This document shows, piece after piece, positions 8,529 to 18,266 of a stretch of 64,000 bases of DNA; positions within the stretch are counted from its first letter, which is position 1; each line of letters opens with the position of its first letter. The notes beneath the pieces are model-generated. The model did no database searches. It had not been told where the DNA came from and saw nothing but the letters and a program-made list of their open reading frames with translations. Source of the stretch: an uncultured Clostridia bacterium. Its GTDB lineage: Bacteria > Bacillota > Clostridia > TANB77 > CAG-508. Where the stretch lies: positions 2,509-66,508 of the forward strand of contig CAKOTF010000009.1 in the NCBI GenBank assembly GCA_934120045.1. Direction: 5' to 3'. A program made the position numbers and the translations under genes.

Positions 8529-8975
8529 TTAATTTTCTAATCTCATATATAAAATTGGATAATGATTTCCTTGCTCATCTAACTCTGTTCTTTTGTAGAC
8601 TTTAAATCCTAAATGTTCATAAAATCCTTTAGAATTAGGATTTTGCTCATTAACTATTAATTCATTAATATTATAATTTTTTATACCATAATTCAGTAAT
8701 TGTCTTCCAAGTCCTTTTCTTCTTTCACTATTTTTTATAAATAACATTTCAAGCTTTGTACCTTCTATTCCCATAAAAGCTATTGGAATATCATTTTCGT
8801 TCTCTATAACTATTAAATGTGCTACTTCTTTTAAAGCTTGTGGTACATATTCTTTTATTTTTTCTATTTCATTATCTGACAAAAATAAATGCGTTGCTTT
8901 TACTGAATTTTCCCATACTTCTAATAATGTATTTACCAATTCTTGTGTTCTTTCTTTTACTTCAAAAATTTTCAT
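8529..8975 (-). CDS. GNAT family N-acetyltransferase
   Basis: FIKNSERRKGLGRQLLNYGIKN motif A. Confidence 0.85.
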   Translation of the reverse strand: MKIFEVKERTQELVNTLLEVWENSVKATHLFLSDNEIEKIKEYVPQALKEVAHLIVIENENDIPIAFMGIEGTKLEMLFIKNSERRKGLGRQLLNYGIKNYNINELIVNEQNPNSKGFYEHLGFKVYKRTELDEQGNHYPILYMRLEN

Positions 8976-8990
8976 ATTTTACCTCTAAAA

Positions 8991-9464
8991 TTACTTTTTT
9001 ATTTTTTCTTCTATGAATTTAATAAACTCATTTTCGCTTCCTTCTGTGAATCCATTTTTATATACTAATATTGCTGACTGTTTTCCAAGTTTTAATACTA
9101 TAAAATTTTGGGTTTGCACTATTTTTGAAACCTGGCTATATTCAAATTCTAAATGAACTTTTCCTTCATTCATTTTGATATTATTATCAAATTCCACAGA
9201 AGTTTTTTCTATCTTTCCATTGTTTATTCTTTTGGAAGTATTTTCAATATTGTATATCATTATAATTGGCGAAATAACAGCAGTAAATAAACAGATAATA
9301 GCACATGTAAGCATAACATATCCTAAACTATCACCCTCAATCAAATACATTAATAATCCCAATATAAAAATAAATATTCCTCTAATTATCGTTTTTGTTC
9401 CAAAGATTTTAAATACATATTCTACTATTAGTTTTCTATTCATTGTATATTCATTTTTAAACAT
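8991..9464 (-). CDS. YcxB-like membrane protein
   Basis: Two central TM helices followed by a soluble C-terminal domain; the family call is tentative. Confidence 0.45.
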   Translation of the reverse strand: MFKNEYTMNRKLIVEYVFKIFGTKTIIRGIFIFILGLLMYLIEGDSLGYVMLTCAIICLFTAVISPIIMIYNIENTSKRINNGKIEKTSVEFDNNIKMNEGKVHLEFEYSQVSKIVQTQNFIVLKLGKQSAILVYKNGFTEGSENEFIKFIEEKIKK

Positions 9465-9533
9465 CTTTTATATTTCGCTCCTTTTACTATTTTATCCTAT
9501 TTATTTAGTCCCAATTATACACCATAACTTGAA

Positions 9534-10094
9534 TCATCGTTCAAAATCCTGTTTTTCCTGATATCTTCTATAATCTTCTTCTGTTAATACAAGTGTTCCT
9601 AAATTTTTCGACATTATTTCATTTGTTTTTTTCATAAAATTTCTTTTTATTGCTCTCATAATTCCATTATGTGTTACTACTAGTATTTTTTCATCGCCAT
9701 GAAACTTTTCAAACACATCCTCAATAAAGTCACATACACGCTTATCTACATCACTATGTGTTTCTCCACCTGGAGGTGTATATAATCCTTTTCTAAATAA
9801 TTCTCTTAATTCATTAGAATATAATTCTTTTTTTGTATTTTCCCATTCTCCAACTGAAATCTCAATTATTCGATCATCATAAATTGGTTTTGCTTCTGGA
9901 AAAATTGCAAATAATGTCTGCTTTGTTCTTTTTAAAGGAGAACAATATATAACATCAAAATCTTTGTCAATTGTTTCACCCAATTTTTGAGCAGCTTTAA
10001 TTCCTTTATCTGTTAAACTACAATCAGCCCTTCCAGCCCAAATTCCATCTCTATTATATTCTGATTCTGCATGTCTTATAAATATTACATTCAT
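9534..10094 (-). CDS. Histidine phosphatase (phosphoglycerate mutase) family protein
   Basis: N-terminal catalytic motif IFIRHAESEYN and a later VTHNG. Start re-called to MNVIFIRH. Confidence 0.85.
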   Translation of the reverse strand: MNVIFIRHAESEYNRDGIWAGRADCSLTDKGIKAAQKLGETIDKDFDVIYCSPLKRTKQTLFAIFPEAKPIYDDRIIEISVGEWENTKKELYSNELRELFRKGLYTPPGGETHSDVDKRVCDFIEDVFEKFHGDEKILVVTHNGIMRAIKRNFMKKTNEIMSKNLGTLVLTEEDYRRYQEKQDFER

Positions 10095-10118
10095 CTTATT
10101 TTTTCCTTTCAAGTTATC

Positions 10119-10595
10119 TTACTTTTTCACAATATGTGTTAGTCCTTTAAGATAATCTCCATTTATTAAAATATCTCTAATATTAGTATGTCTTAGATCT
10201 ATATCTTTTAATTCTTCTGAAGTAACCCATTTAAACTCTAATAATTTTTCTTTACCTTTATCTATTTCAACTTTTTCACAATCAATCATTTGTAATTGTT
10301 GTTTAGGTTTAATTATATAATAAAATTCAATTCCATGACATTTTCTATTATTTCTTATCCAAAAATTCTCTTGAATTACAAACAAATTTGCTTCTTGGAC
10401 ATCACAACCAATTTCTTCTTTTATTTCACGAATAACTGCTTCTTTTGAATCTTCTCCAATTTCTATATGTCCTCCTGGTATATGAAAATAAGATGTTTTA
10501 TTTACTCTCATAATTAAAAATTTATTTTCTTGCTTAATTATCCCACATGTTCTTCCATGAAATTCTTCTGTTTCAGTCTTAATTTTTAAATCCAT
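10119..10595 (-). CDS. NUDIX hydrolase
   Basis: Nudix box GGHIEIGEDSKEAVIREIKEEIG. Start re-called to MDLKIK behind a GGAG SD. Confidence 0.85.
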   Translation of the reverse strand: MDLKIKTETEEFHGRTCGIIKQENKFLIMRVNKTSYFHIPGGHIEIGEDSKEAVIREIKEEIGCDVQEANLFVIQENFWIRNNRKCHGIEFYYIIKPKQQLQMIDCEKVEIDKGKEKLLEFKWVTSEELKDIDLRHTNIRDILINGDYLKGLTHIVKK

Positions 10596-10635
10596 ATCCA
10601 ATCTCCTTTTCAAATAATATTTATCACAAATTTTA

Positions 10636-11217
10636 CTATTTTTTATAAAAATGGAAATCACAACAATCTCCATCATAACCTAATGTTTTTGTTCTCTTAA
10701 AGCCTATTTTTTTCAATTCGCCATATGTCACATTATCAACATCACAGAAAAGATGGCATAATTCTGCACAATCATTTTCTACACAAGCAGTATGCCAAAG
10801 ACACTTCTTCATTGTTACATCAAAGGACTTCTTATCATGCTTTTGAGTACTTTCCCACAAGTCTGTTTTACGCACAACTCTAAGAAATATATTACTATAA
10901 AGAAAATAAAAACATGGCACTTTTTCCATTTTTTCCATAGACAAATGCTTTTGTTTTGCAACTATATTAATCATGTATTTTTGCATATGTTGATATACTT
11001 TTTCTTCATCAAATCCTTCTTCCAAAGCTTTATATAATGCTATTCGAGGAAGTATTGTTTGAATAAGTGTTTCCATTTGATTTTTTGATTTGTTTTTTGT
11101 ATTTTTTATAATTTCATCAAGTATTTTCTCTTGCTTTGCAAATAATGTATTACCATTATCTACTCCGAATTCTTCTATCAAAAATGTTTTTATTTGATTT
11201 TGTTGTTTTATTTTCAT
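10636..11217 (-). CDS. L-2-amino-thiazoline-4-carboxylic acid hydrolase-like (ATC_hydrolase family) protein
   Basis: Cys-rich C-terminus CAELCHLFCDVDNVTYG...TLGYDGDCCDFHF, typical of this family. Confidence 0.6.
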   Translation of the reverse strand: MKIKQQNQIKTFLIEEFGVDNGNTLFAKQEKILDEIIKNTKNKSKNQMETLIQTILPRIALYKALEEGFDEEKVYQHMQKYMINIVAKQKHLSMEKMEKVPCFYFLYSNIFLRVVRKTDLWESTQKHDKKSFDVTMKKCLWHTACVENDCAELCHLFCDVDNVTYGELKKIGFKRTKTLGYDGDCCDFHFYKK

Positions 11218-11281
11218 ATTCATCCCTCCATCAATTACTATCTTTCATTTTATATCATAAAAGCAGATAATTATCAACCAA

Positions 11282-12052
11282 TTACCTGCTTTTAATATTA
11301 TTTTCCTTACCCTCTTTAAAACCATTCCTACTCCATAACCATAGTGGAGTATGTATATCAATAGGGTTATACTTAGTCCCTTTAAATAATTCATTCCATC
11401 TCTCAACAACTATCAGCTGTACATCACTTCTATTTAATTCTTCATCAGTTATTAGTCCTAATTTATGTGTTGCCTGAATAACATGTGTATCAGGTGCAAC
11501 TGTTAACTGATTAATGTTTTTGTATTTTCTATCTGTATATTGATATATAACATATAGCCAATAGTTACATATTTTTGTTCCAGATAAATATGGAAATTTC
11601 TTTTTATTTTCCTTTTGAATAAAGTTCTTTATCTTATTAACATCATTATCTAATGAATCAAATAACTTTCTAATATCTCCATCATATAATTCTACAAACG
11701 TTTTACATAGAGATAACCATATTTCAGTTTGCTTTTGTTTTTGTAATGCTATTTTATATTTTACAAGTGCATATTGTACATCTTCAAAAGTCTTTTCTAA
11801 ACATATTTTAGGATTAAATACAAAGTTAGTTTCCTCATCATTATATGTATTTAATGCACTTTCCCATAATTTATATGAATTTCTTTGATAGTTCAATGCC
11901 ATAGGTAAAGTAAAATAAAGATAATTTTCCAGCGAAGATTTCTCTAAATGTGGATTTGCATCTTCTGGCATGACTTCGCCACCAAGGCTCCCTTTCTTCC
12001 ACATATTATATAAAATATCTACTTTTCGTAATATTTCCTCTTTATTATACAT
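11282..12052 (-). CDS. HhH-GPD-superfamily (EndoIII-like fold) protein, putative DNA glycosylase-like
   Basis: PYLSGTKICNYWLYVI (HhH-like) followed by VAPDTHVIQATHKLGLI (compare VDTHV.R...LGL of EndoIII). Start re-called. Confidence 0.45.
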   Translation of the reverse strand: MYNKEEILRKVDILYNMWKKGSLGGEVMPEDANPHLEKSSLENYLYFTLPMALNYQRNSYKLWESALNTYNDEETNFVFNPKICLEKTFEDVQYALVKYKIALQKQKQTEIWLSLCKTFVELYDGDIRKLFDSLDNDVNKIKNFIQKENKKKFPYLSGTKICNYWLYVIYQYTDRKYKNINQLTVAPDTHVIQATHKLGLITDEELNRSDVQLIVVERWNELFKGTKYNPIDIHTPLWLWSRNGFKEGKENNIKSR

Positions 12053-12096
12053 TTTACACCTCAACCAATCATTTTTTATGTTTCTTGATATTTCTA

Positions 12097-12531
12097 TTAT
12101 TTATATAATCTAAGAAATTTCTCTAAATCATTTTCATTTTCAAATATTGATTCAAAAATATTATATAAAGTATCTGTCGCTTCATATTCTCCTATAGCAT
12201 AACATTTTTTACCTAAGCCATATGCAATCCCAGCCTCAATATGTGCTGCTTTGCCTGCTGGCAATACTAATAACAAATTTTTTGAATTTTTTTCTCCATC
12301 TAAATCCTGATTAAATAAATTAAGCACAACTTCACTTTTTAAGCCAAGAGACTCAAACTCTCTTTGTTTTTCTTCTGGAGTTTGATTTGAATTACCATAT
12401 CCCCAATCTTCTTCATTTTTCAAAAAACAATAATAAGAAATATTGTATTTATCAAATAAATCACATATTTTCAAAATATTTTCTTTATTTCTAGCTCGTC
12501 CAGCAATAAAAAATTCATATTTATTATTCAT
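12097..12531 (-). CDS. Nucleoside 2-deoxyribosyltransferase-like (PF05014-type) protein
   Basis: FIAGRARN N-terminus and LLLVLPAGKAAHIEAGIAYGLGKKCYAI C-terminal block; AGGAGG SD. Confidence 0.5.
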   Translation of the reverse strand: MNNKYEFFIAGRARNKENILKICDLFDKYNISYYCFLKNEEDWGYGNSNQTPEEKQREFESLGLKSEVVLNLFNQDLDGEKNSKNLLLVLPAGKAAHIEAGIAYGLGKKCYAIGEYEATDTLYNIFESIFENENDLEKFLRLYK

Positions 12532-12698
12532 TCTTTCCTCCTAGTTAATTTCTTCTTATTATATATCATAAAAACAACTACTTATCAACACTATTTTTCT
12601 TAAAACTCATGTCATTGACAATAATACAACATTATTATATAATTGATTTTATGCAAAATTTTCAATAAATAATTTCAAATTTGAAAGGGGACAAAATT

Positions 12699-13364
12699 AT
12701 GATGGATTTTTCTGAAGCACGGTCTTTTAATGATGGTATAGAATTTTATGGAAAAGATATAATCATAATTGCTACACGCAAAGATGATAAAGTAAAAATT
12801 GAAAAAAGTAAATCTCCACGTCTTAAATACTCTAATAAATTTGTTAAGACTATTATTTGTTTGCTATTAACAATCATATCAAATCTTATTTTAAATACTT
12901 TTCAAGATTTCAAAGTTCAAATCTTACTAATAATTGCTTTATTTTGGAGTAGTGTTATATGTTTTTTCTTTTTTAATTCTCGAAATGATAAAAATGTACA
13001 ATGTTATAAATATCATGCAGCAGAACACAAATTTTTAAATTATATTGATAAATACAAAAAAGAACCAGAAACATGTGAAGATGTAATGAAAATGAGTTCA
13101 TATTCTTATCGGTGTGGTTCTACAATATTAGTAGTTATTATGACTTTATTAACTTTATGTATATGTGGAATTTTATATATTCCTACATTGATTTTAAAAA
13201 TCTTATGGATTGCCTTTAGTATTTTTATCACATTATATTTGTGGGCAAATAATAAATGTGATTTTCTTCAAAAGTTTGTAGTCGTAGAACCTAGCTATTC
13301 AGAAGTAGAAGTTGCATTTATTGGCGGAAAAGATTATTTAAAAACAAAACAAAAAATATTATAA
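12699..13364 (+). CDS. Membrane protein with DUF1385/YqhQ-like motif
   Basis: YHAAEHK...YRCGST resembles HGAEHK...RCGT of DUF1385, with four or more TM segments. Start re-called to an ATG behind an AAAGGGGA SD. Confidence 0.45.
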   Translation: MMDFSEARSFNDGIEFYGKDIIIIATRKDDKVKIEKSKSPRLKYSNKFVKTIICLLLTIISNLILNTFQDFKVQILLIIALFWSSVICFFFFNSRNDKNVQCYKYHAAEHKFLNYIDKYKKEPETCEDVMKMSSYSYRCGSTILVVIMTLLTLCICGILYIPTLILKILWIAFSIFITLYLWANNKCDFLQKFVVVEPSYSEVEVAFIGGKDYLKTKQKIL

Positions 13365-13373
13365 TTTATCTCA

Positions 13374-13420
13374 AAAATCCCCAATAGACATATTTAATAA
13401 TATATCTATTGGGGATTTTT
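13374..13420. terminator. Bidirectional terminator between convergent genes
   Basis: 13-bp stem AATCCCCAATAGA/TCTATTGGGGATT flanked by A and T runs. Confidence 0.7.
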
Positions 13421-15541
13421 CTAACTTCTTATTCTTGGCAATCTATTACCTAATCTACTCAAAAATTCATTTGTAATTGTATCTGCATTCATTGCAAACT
13501 TTTCTGAAGATAAATTAATATCATCACAATCAATTATATAAACTACATCTCCAGTTTTAATTTCTTTAACATCTGTTACATCAATAACACATTGATCCAT
13601 ACAAATTCTACCAATTACTTTCGAATAATTTCCATTTACTTTTACTAACATATTTTTATTAGATAAACATCTAGGAAATCCATCTGCATATCCAATAGAT
13701 ATTGAAGCAATTTTTCTATTACTATCTGCTATATATGTTCTACCATAACTTACACTATCATCTTTATTAATTTCTTTTACACTTGTTACTCTTGCTTTTA
13801 ATGATAAAACAGGCTTTAAATCTAATTTATTTTTTTGATATGCTGTATTATCACTATTAACACCATACATGATTATTCCTATTCTTACATAATCATAAGT
13901 TTCTGTATTATAATTTATAGCACCATAACTGCTTTGTAAATGTACTTTTCCAACATCTTGTCCATTTTCTTTTAATTGTTTTATACATTTATTAAAGTTT
14001 TCTATTTGTTTCTCTGTAAATTCTATATCTTCTTTTTTATCAGAATCAGCAACACATAAATGGCTAAATGTTCCTAAAATATTAAGCCTTGGATTTTCAT
14101 AAATTTTTATTAATCTGTCCATATTATCATATCTTTCTCCAATACGATTCATTCCTGTGTTTATTTTAATATGACAATTTAATTTTTGACTTAATTTTAA
14201 CTCTTTGATTTTTTCAGAATAATTATAATCAACTATTGTTTGAATCAAATCATATTGTATTACATATTTTAAATCTTCAAAATTAGTATATCCTAATATC
14301 AAAATATTTCCTTTAATATTATGTTTTCGCAATTCAATTGCTTCATCTAAAGTTGCAACAGCAAAATCGTTAATTCCAATTTCAGATAATTTTTCTGCAA
14401 TTAAAATACTCCCATGCCCATAAGCATTAGCTTTTACTACTGCCATGATTTTTGTTTTAGGTTGTATTACTTTTTTTATTTCATTTATATTATGTTCTAA
14501 ATTTTCCAAATTAACCTCAACCCAAGCTCTATCTGTTAATAAACTATTTTCTTTATTCATTTTTATTACTTCCTTAATTTTTTCTATTAAAAATGCAAAT
14601 ATTGTTGTTACTACTGCTACGACTAAATAAAATATAAAATTATTGTCAACAATGTATTTTTCAACTTTACATATTCCTGAAATAAATCTTATTCCAACAA
14701 TAAATAATGGATGAAAAATATAAATTATAGTTGATACATTTCTTAATTTTAAATTTTGTGTATTACTTATATTTATCAAATAATCAAACAAAACATACAT
14801 CGTTGGAATTAGCAAAATATACATACTATCATGTTTTTGTAGATTAAATTTATGAAGAATCGTTGCCTCTATTGTCATTCCTATAAAGAATAGGACACTA
14901 TACAAAAATGATTTTTTGTTATTTACTCTTTTTATTTTTATAAAATATCCTAAATATAAGAAAATTGGAGCATAAAATAATCCATTTCTTGTATAATCAC
15001 TTATTTTAAAGATAAAATCATATATATAACTTAAAACACACACATTTCGCGTTAGTCCATAATAACTATCACCTAATAATCCTATAATATATAAAACTAT
15101 TACTGTTATAAATGTTTTTCTATTTCCTAATTTTTTTATAAAATAATATGTAATCCATATTCCTAATATAAGTGCTGGGAAATACCATAAATGATATAAT
15201 GTTCCATTAATCAAAATGTCTTTTATAATAGAAAAAATACTTATATTATTGAATTTTCCCATATAAATATTTATTGGTAAATAAAGTATTATACAAAATA
15301 AATATATCTTTAATATTTTAATTGTATATTTTTTTAATTTGTTCTTATCTTTTAAACATCCATCTATTACAAAATAACCTGTTATCATAAAAAATAATGG
15401 TACTGCAATTCTTCCTAATATTCTTGTAAAAAAGAAATTGAATTCTTGATTTATATTGATAAATGGCGAAATATGTATTGCAATTACTAAAAAACTAACA
15501 ACAAATCTTGCTACATCTATATTATTTTTTTTATTCATCAC
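13421..15541 (-). CDS. vanT: VanT-type membrane-bound serine/alanine racemase (acyltransferase-3 membrane domain + PLP racemase domain)
   Basis: 706 aa. The N-terminal half has about 10 TM segments; the C-terminal half has AVVKANAYGHG and the racemase fold. It is the last gene of the van operon. Confidence 0.9.
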   Translation of the reverse strand: MMNKKNNIDVARFVVSFLVIAIHISPFININQEFNFFFTRILGRIAVPLFFMITGYFVIDGCLKDKNKLKKYTIKILKIYLFCIILYLPINIYMGKFNNISIFSIIKDILINGTLYHLWYFPALILGIWITYYFIKKLGNRKTFITVIVLYIIGLLGDSYYGLTRNVCVLSYIYDFIFKISDYTRNGLFYAPIFLYLGYFIKIKRVNNKKSFLYSVLFFIGMTIEATILHKFNLQKHDSMYILLIPTMYVLFDYLINISNTQNLKLRNVSTIIYIFHPLFIVGIRFISGICKVEKYIVDNNFIFYLVVAVVTTIFAFLIEKIKEVIKMNKENSLLTDRAWVEVNLENLEHNINEIKKVIQPKTKIMAVVKANAYGHGSILIAEKLSEIGINDFAVATLDEAIELRKHNIKGNILILGYTNFEDLKYVIQYDLIQTIVDYNYSEKIKELKLSQKLNCHIKINTGMNRIGERYDNMDRLIKIYENPRLNILGTFSHLCVADSDKKEDIEFTEKQIENFNKCIKQLKENGQDVGKVHLQSSYGAINYNTETYDYVRIGIIMYGVNSDNTAYQKNKLDLKPVLSLKARVTSVKEINKDDSVSYGRTYIADSNRKIASISIGYADGFPRCLSNKNMLVKVNGNYSKVIGRICMDQCVIDVTDVKEIKTGDVVYIIDCDDINLSSEKFAMNADTITNEFLSRLGNRLPRIRS

Positions 15542-16265
15542 TCACTCTTTCTGATAAAATAAATCCATCTACATTATTTCCAGAAATCATTTGATTTTCT
15601 TGTAATATAATTGTTTCGTTCTGATTTTCGTACGGAATATAAGAAATCTTATATCCATAGCTATTTAAAAATTTTGGATATTTATATTCTTTTAAATATT
15701 CAATATATTCTTCTAAACATAAATCTTTATTTGTTATAATTTTTGAATGAGGATAACTTACAAATCTAAAATGCCATTCTTCTTTAGCTATTTTTGTAAT
15801 GTTCTTTTTTTCATCTTTGTATCTTTCAATAAAACCAAAATTTGGTGCTATTTTTCTAAACTCTTGGCATATACCATTATATGGAAAACTTGGGCATATA
15901 AAATCTATATTAGGTTTATTTAATGCTAAATCGATTGCAAGTCCTGTTTGATGTTCACTTGCATTTGGTAATGCTACAAATTTTTTTGTATATTCTTCAC
16001 CATTTTCTATTATTGAATCTGTATATAATCTTTTCTGTTCTTCAAAAGTTCTAACTCCACTTATTGGAACTATTTCATCATTTGCATTTATACTTTTTAA
16101 TGCTTTTTGCAGTTGACTATTTGCTACTTGGTCTAATTCTATATTTTTATATTTTTCACTATATGATATTAATTTAATTTCATTTGTTTTTAATAAATTA
16201 TCTGGATTTATTAAAATAAGATATCCTTTATGTATATTTTCATCATTTAATTTTACTTTTTTCAT
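15531..16265 (-). CDS. vanXY: VanXY-type D,D-dipeptidase/D,D-carboxypeptidase
   Basis: Zn-site motifs SEHQTGLAIDL and EEWHFRF. It overlaps both neighbouring genes. Confidence 0.85.
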   Translation of the reverse strand: MKKVKLNDENIHKGYLILINPDNLLKTNEIKLISYSEKYKNIELDQVANSQLQKALKSINANDEIVPISGVRTFEEQKRLYTDSIIENGEEYTKKFVALPNASEHQTGLAIDLALNKPNIDFICPSFPYNGICQEFRKIAPNFGFIERYKDEKKNITKIAKEEWHFRFVSYPHSKIITNKDLCLEEYIEYLKEYKYPKFLNSYGYKISYIPYENQNETIILQENQMISGNNVDGFILSERVSDE

Positions 16266-17299
16266 CTTTCTAATCCTAACTTTATAAGTTTATCTATTAC
16301 TTTTGGAAATGATATTCCTATTTTATTTAACATACTTGGATATCTCGAATGTGATGTACAACCTGGTATTGTATTTACTTCATTAAAAACAATTTTTTTA
16401 TCTTTTGTATAGAACATATCTACTCTAGCAAATCCAGTACAACCTAATATTTTATAAATTTCAAGTGCTGTTTTCTTTATTTTTTCTCTTTCTTCTTCAC
16501 TTAATCTTGCTGGTAATATTATTCTACTTGTTTTTAAGTTATATTTTTCAAAATAATCGAAAAATCCATCTTGTAATTCAATTTCATCAACTTCTCCTAC
16601 AACTAAATCATGATTTCCCAATATTGCACAACCAACTTCAAATCCATCAATATTTTCTTCAATAATTACTTTATTGTCATATTTATAAGCTTCTTCTAAT
16701 GCCTCTTTTAAATTATCTTCACTTTTAATTTTTGTAATTCCAAATGATGAACCTGCTTTTAAAGGCTTTACAAATAGTGGATAATGTAAATTTTTTATTT
16801 TATTTCTTATATCATCATAACTATCATTTTCAAATAAATAAGATATTGGTGTAAGAATCCCATTTGTTGCTACTAGCTCATGAGCTAAATATTTATCCAT
16901 ACATATTGCTGATGATGTCATATCACATCCAACATATTTTATTCCTGCTAATTCAAGTAATCCTTGTAATCTTCCGTCTTCTCCATTTTGTCCGTGTAAA
17001 ACTGGAAAAACTATATCTAATTTTATAATTTCATTAGTATCTAATATAATTATTCCATGATCACTTCTATTTGTAGATATCGTGATTTTTTTACAAGACT
17101 TATCATCTTTCCATTCGTTTTTCTCTATTTTTTCTATATCTCCTTGATATAAATAAAAATCTCCTTGTTTTGTTATACCTATTAAAACTACATCATATTT
17201 CTCTTTATTAATATTTTTTATTACTGATGTAACAGATACAAGCGATACATCATATTCACTTGAACATCCTCCAAATATTATTCCTACTTTTGTTTTCAT
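16262..17299 (-). CDS. vanG: D-alanine--D-serine ligase, VanG-type
   Basis: Recalled VanG blocks: IIFGG.S.EY.VSL, FPVLHG.NGEDG.LQG, GSSFGITK, GFFDY.EKY, FNEVNTIPG.TSHSRYP. Confidence 0.9.
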   Translation of the reverse strand: MKTKVGIIFGGCSSEYDVSLVSVTSVIKNINKEKYDVVLIGITKQGDFYLYQGDIEKIEKNEWKDDKSCKKITISTNRSDHGIIILDTNEIIKLDIVFPVLHGQNGEDGRLQGLLELAGIKYVGCDMTSSAICMDKYLAHELVATNGILTPISYLFENDSYDDIRNKIKNLHYPLFVKPLKAGSSFGITKIKSEDNLKEALEEAYKYDNKVIIEENIDGFEVGCAILGNHDLVVGEVDEIELQDGFFDYFEKYNLKTSRIILPARLSEEEREKIKKTALEIYKILGCTGFARVDMFYTKDKKIVFNEVNTIPGCTSHSRYPSMLNKIGISFPKVIDKLIKLGLER

Positions 17300-17304
17300 A
17301 ACTA

Positions 17305-18123
17305 TTACCTCTCTTCTATTTTTATATCTTTTGAAAGTTCATAAGTAATTTCTACTTTTTCACTATATAATTTTTCTTTTTTTATTTGCATATTTGTGTT
17401 TTTATCAATTTCTGCTCTTACAATATCAACAATTTCATATATTTTATTATTTTGTCTTACATATCTTAAATTTTCATTTGATATTACATAAGCAACATCA
17501 CTTTCTTTATTTGATAATATTTTTCCATACATATATTCTTCATCAAAATATATATCAATTTGGTAAATATTGTTTGTTTCATTTTTTACTTTTAAGTCTA
17601 ACCATCCACTGCTTATTGTTGAATCTATTCCTTGTTTTGCTGTTTTATCTGGATCTGGAAATGATTTCATTTTATGTCCATGTCTTTCTATTACAGTAAG
17701 AGGACTCATTAAAAATAAGTAATGTAACATATTACTTAAATGACATAATCCACCTCCTTTTTTGGCGACTATTTTTCCGTCTATCAATATAAGTCCATCT
17801 TTGTATTTTCCGTACTTTTTAGCATTTTTTATAAGATAACAAAACGAAAATGTTTCTCCTGGATATATTAATATATGATTCATTGTTTTACTTGCAATTT
17901 TCAGGTTATCAACTTTGTTTTTTTGATAAATTATGTCTTGTCCACTATTTTTATTAATCATTGATGTTTTTGTATTACAAATTTCATATTTTAATAAATC
18001 TCCAAATTTATTTGAATATGTATTTTTGTCAAATTTCATTCCAATATTGTAAAATAGTTTTCTTTGCCATACTCTGATTGGTAAAAGAAACGGAAATATT
18101 TGTGTTAATCTTTTTCTTTTCAT
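17305..18123 (-). CDS. vanW: VanW family protein
   Basis: VanW-domain blocks PGETFSF...GGGLCHLSN. Start re-called to MKRKRLTQIF behind a GAGAGGAA SD. Confidence 0.85.
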   Translation of the reverse strand: MKRKRLTQIFPFLLPIRVWQRKLFYNIGMKFDKNTYSNKFGDLLKYEICNTKTSMINKNSGQDIIYQKNKVDNLKIASKTMNHILIYPGETFSFCYLIKNAKKYGKYKDGLILIDGKIVAKKGGGLCHLSNMLHYLFLMSPLTVIERHGHKMKSFPDPDKTAKQGIDSTISSGWLDLKVKNETNNIYQIDIYFDEEYMYGKILSNKESDVAYVISNENLRYVRQNNKIYEIVDIVRAEIDKNTNMQIKKEKLYSEKVEITYELSKDIKIEER

Positions 18124-18205
18124 ACTATTCCTCTCTTCTTTATGATTCTTGCATATATTTTTGAGATTTTGCAATAAAAAAATCATTGTAAATCAATACA
18201 AATAT

Positions 18206-18247
18206 ATTGTACTAACTTATCAATGATTTTTCTTTAATTTCTTCTTA
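18206..18247 (-). promoter_or_regulatory. Predicted resistance-operon promoter: box TAAGAAGAAATTAA (18234-18247) 35 nt upstream of a TACAAT -10 (18206-18211)
   Basis: The same 14-mer at the same offset occurs at the vanR and ATPase promoters. Confidence 0.5.
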
Positions 18248-18266
18248 TGAAAAGCTTAAAACTTTC

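Noticed and set aside
11251-11293. A recurrent intergenic cassette TATATCAYAAAA-CAGATAATTATCAACYAATTAYCTG- at 1132-1174, 11251-11293 and 21299-21340, with a partial copy at 12559-12590. I initially suspected a REP-like mobile repeat.
   Set aside because: It is explained by function. Read on the minus strand, each copy is a terminator hairpin whose loop carries a TTGATA -35, followed 17 nt later by a (TG)ATATAA -10 for the next gene. The similarity is mostly promoter and terminator constraint. It remains mildly noteworthy as a compact terminator-promoter module.
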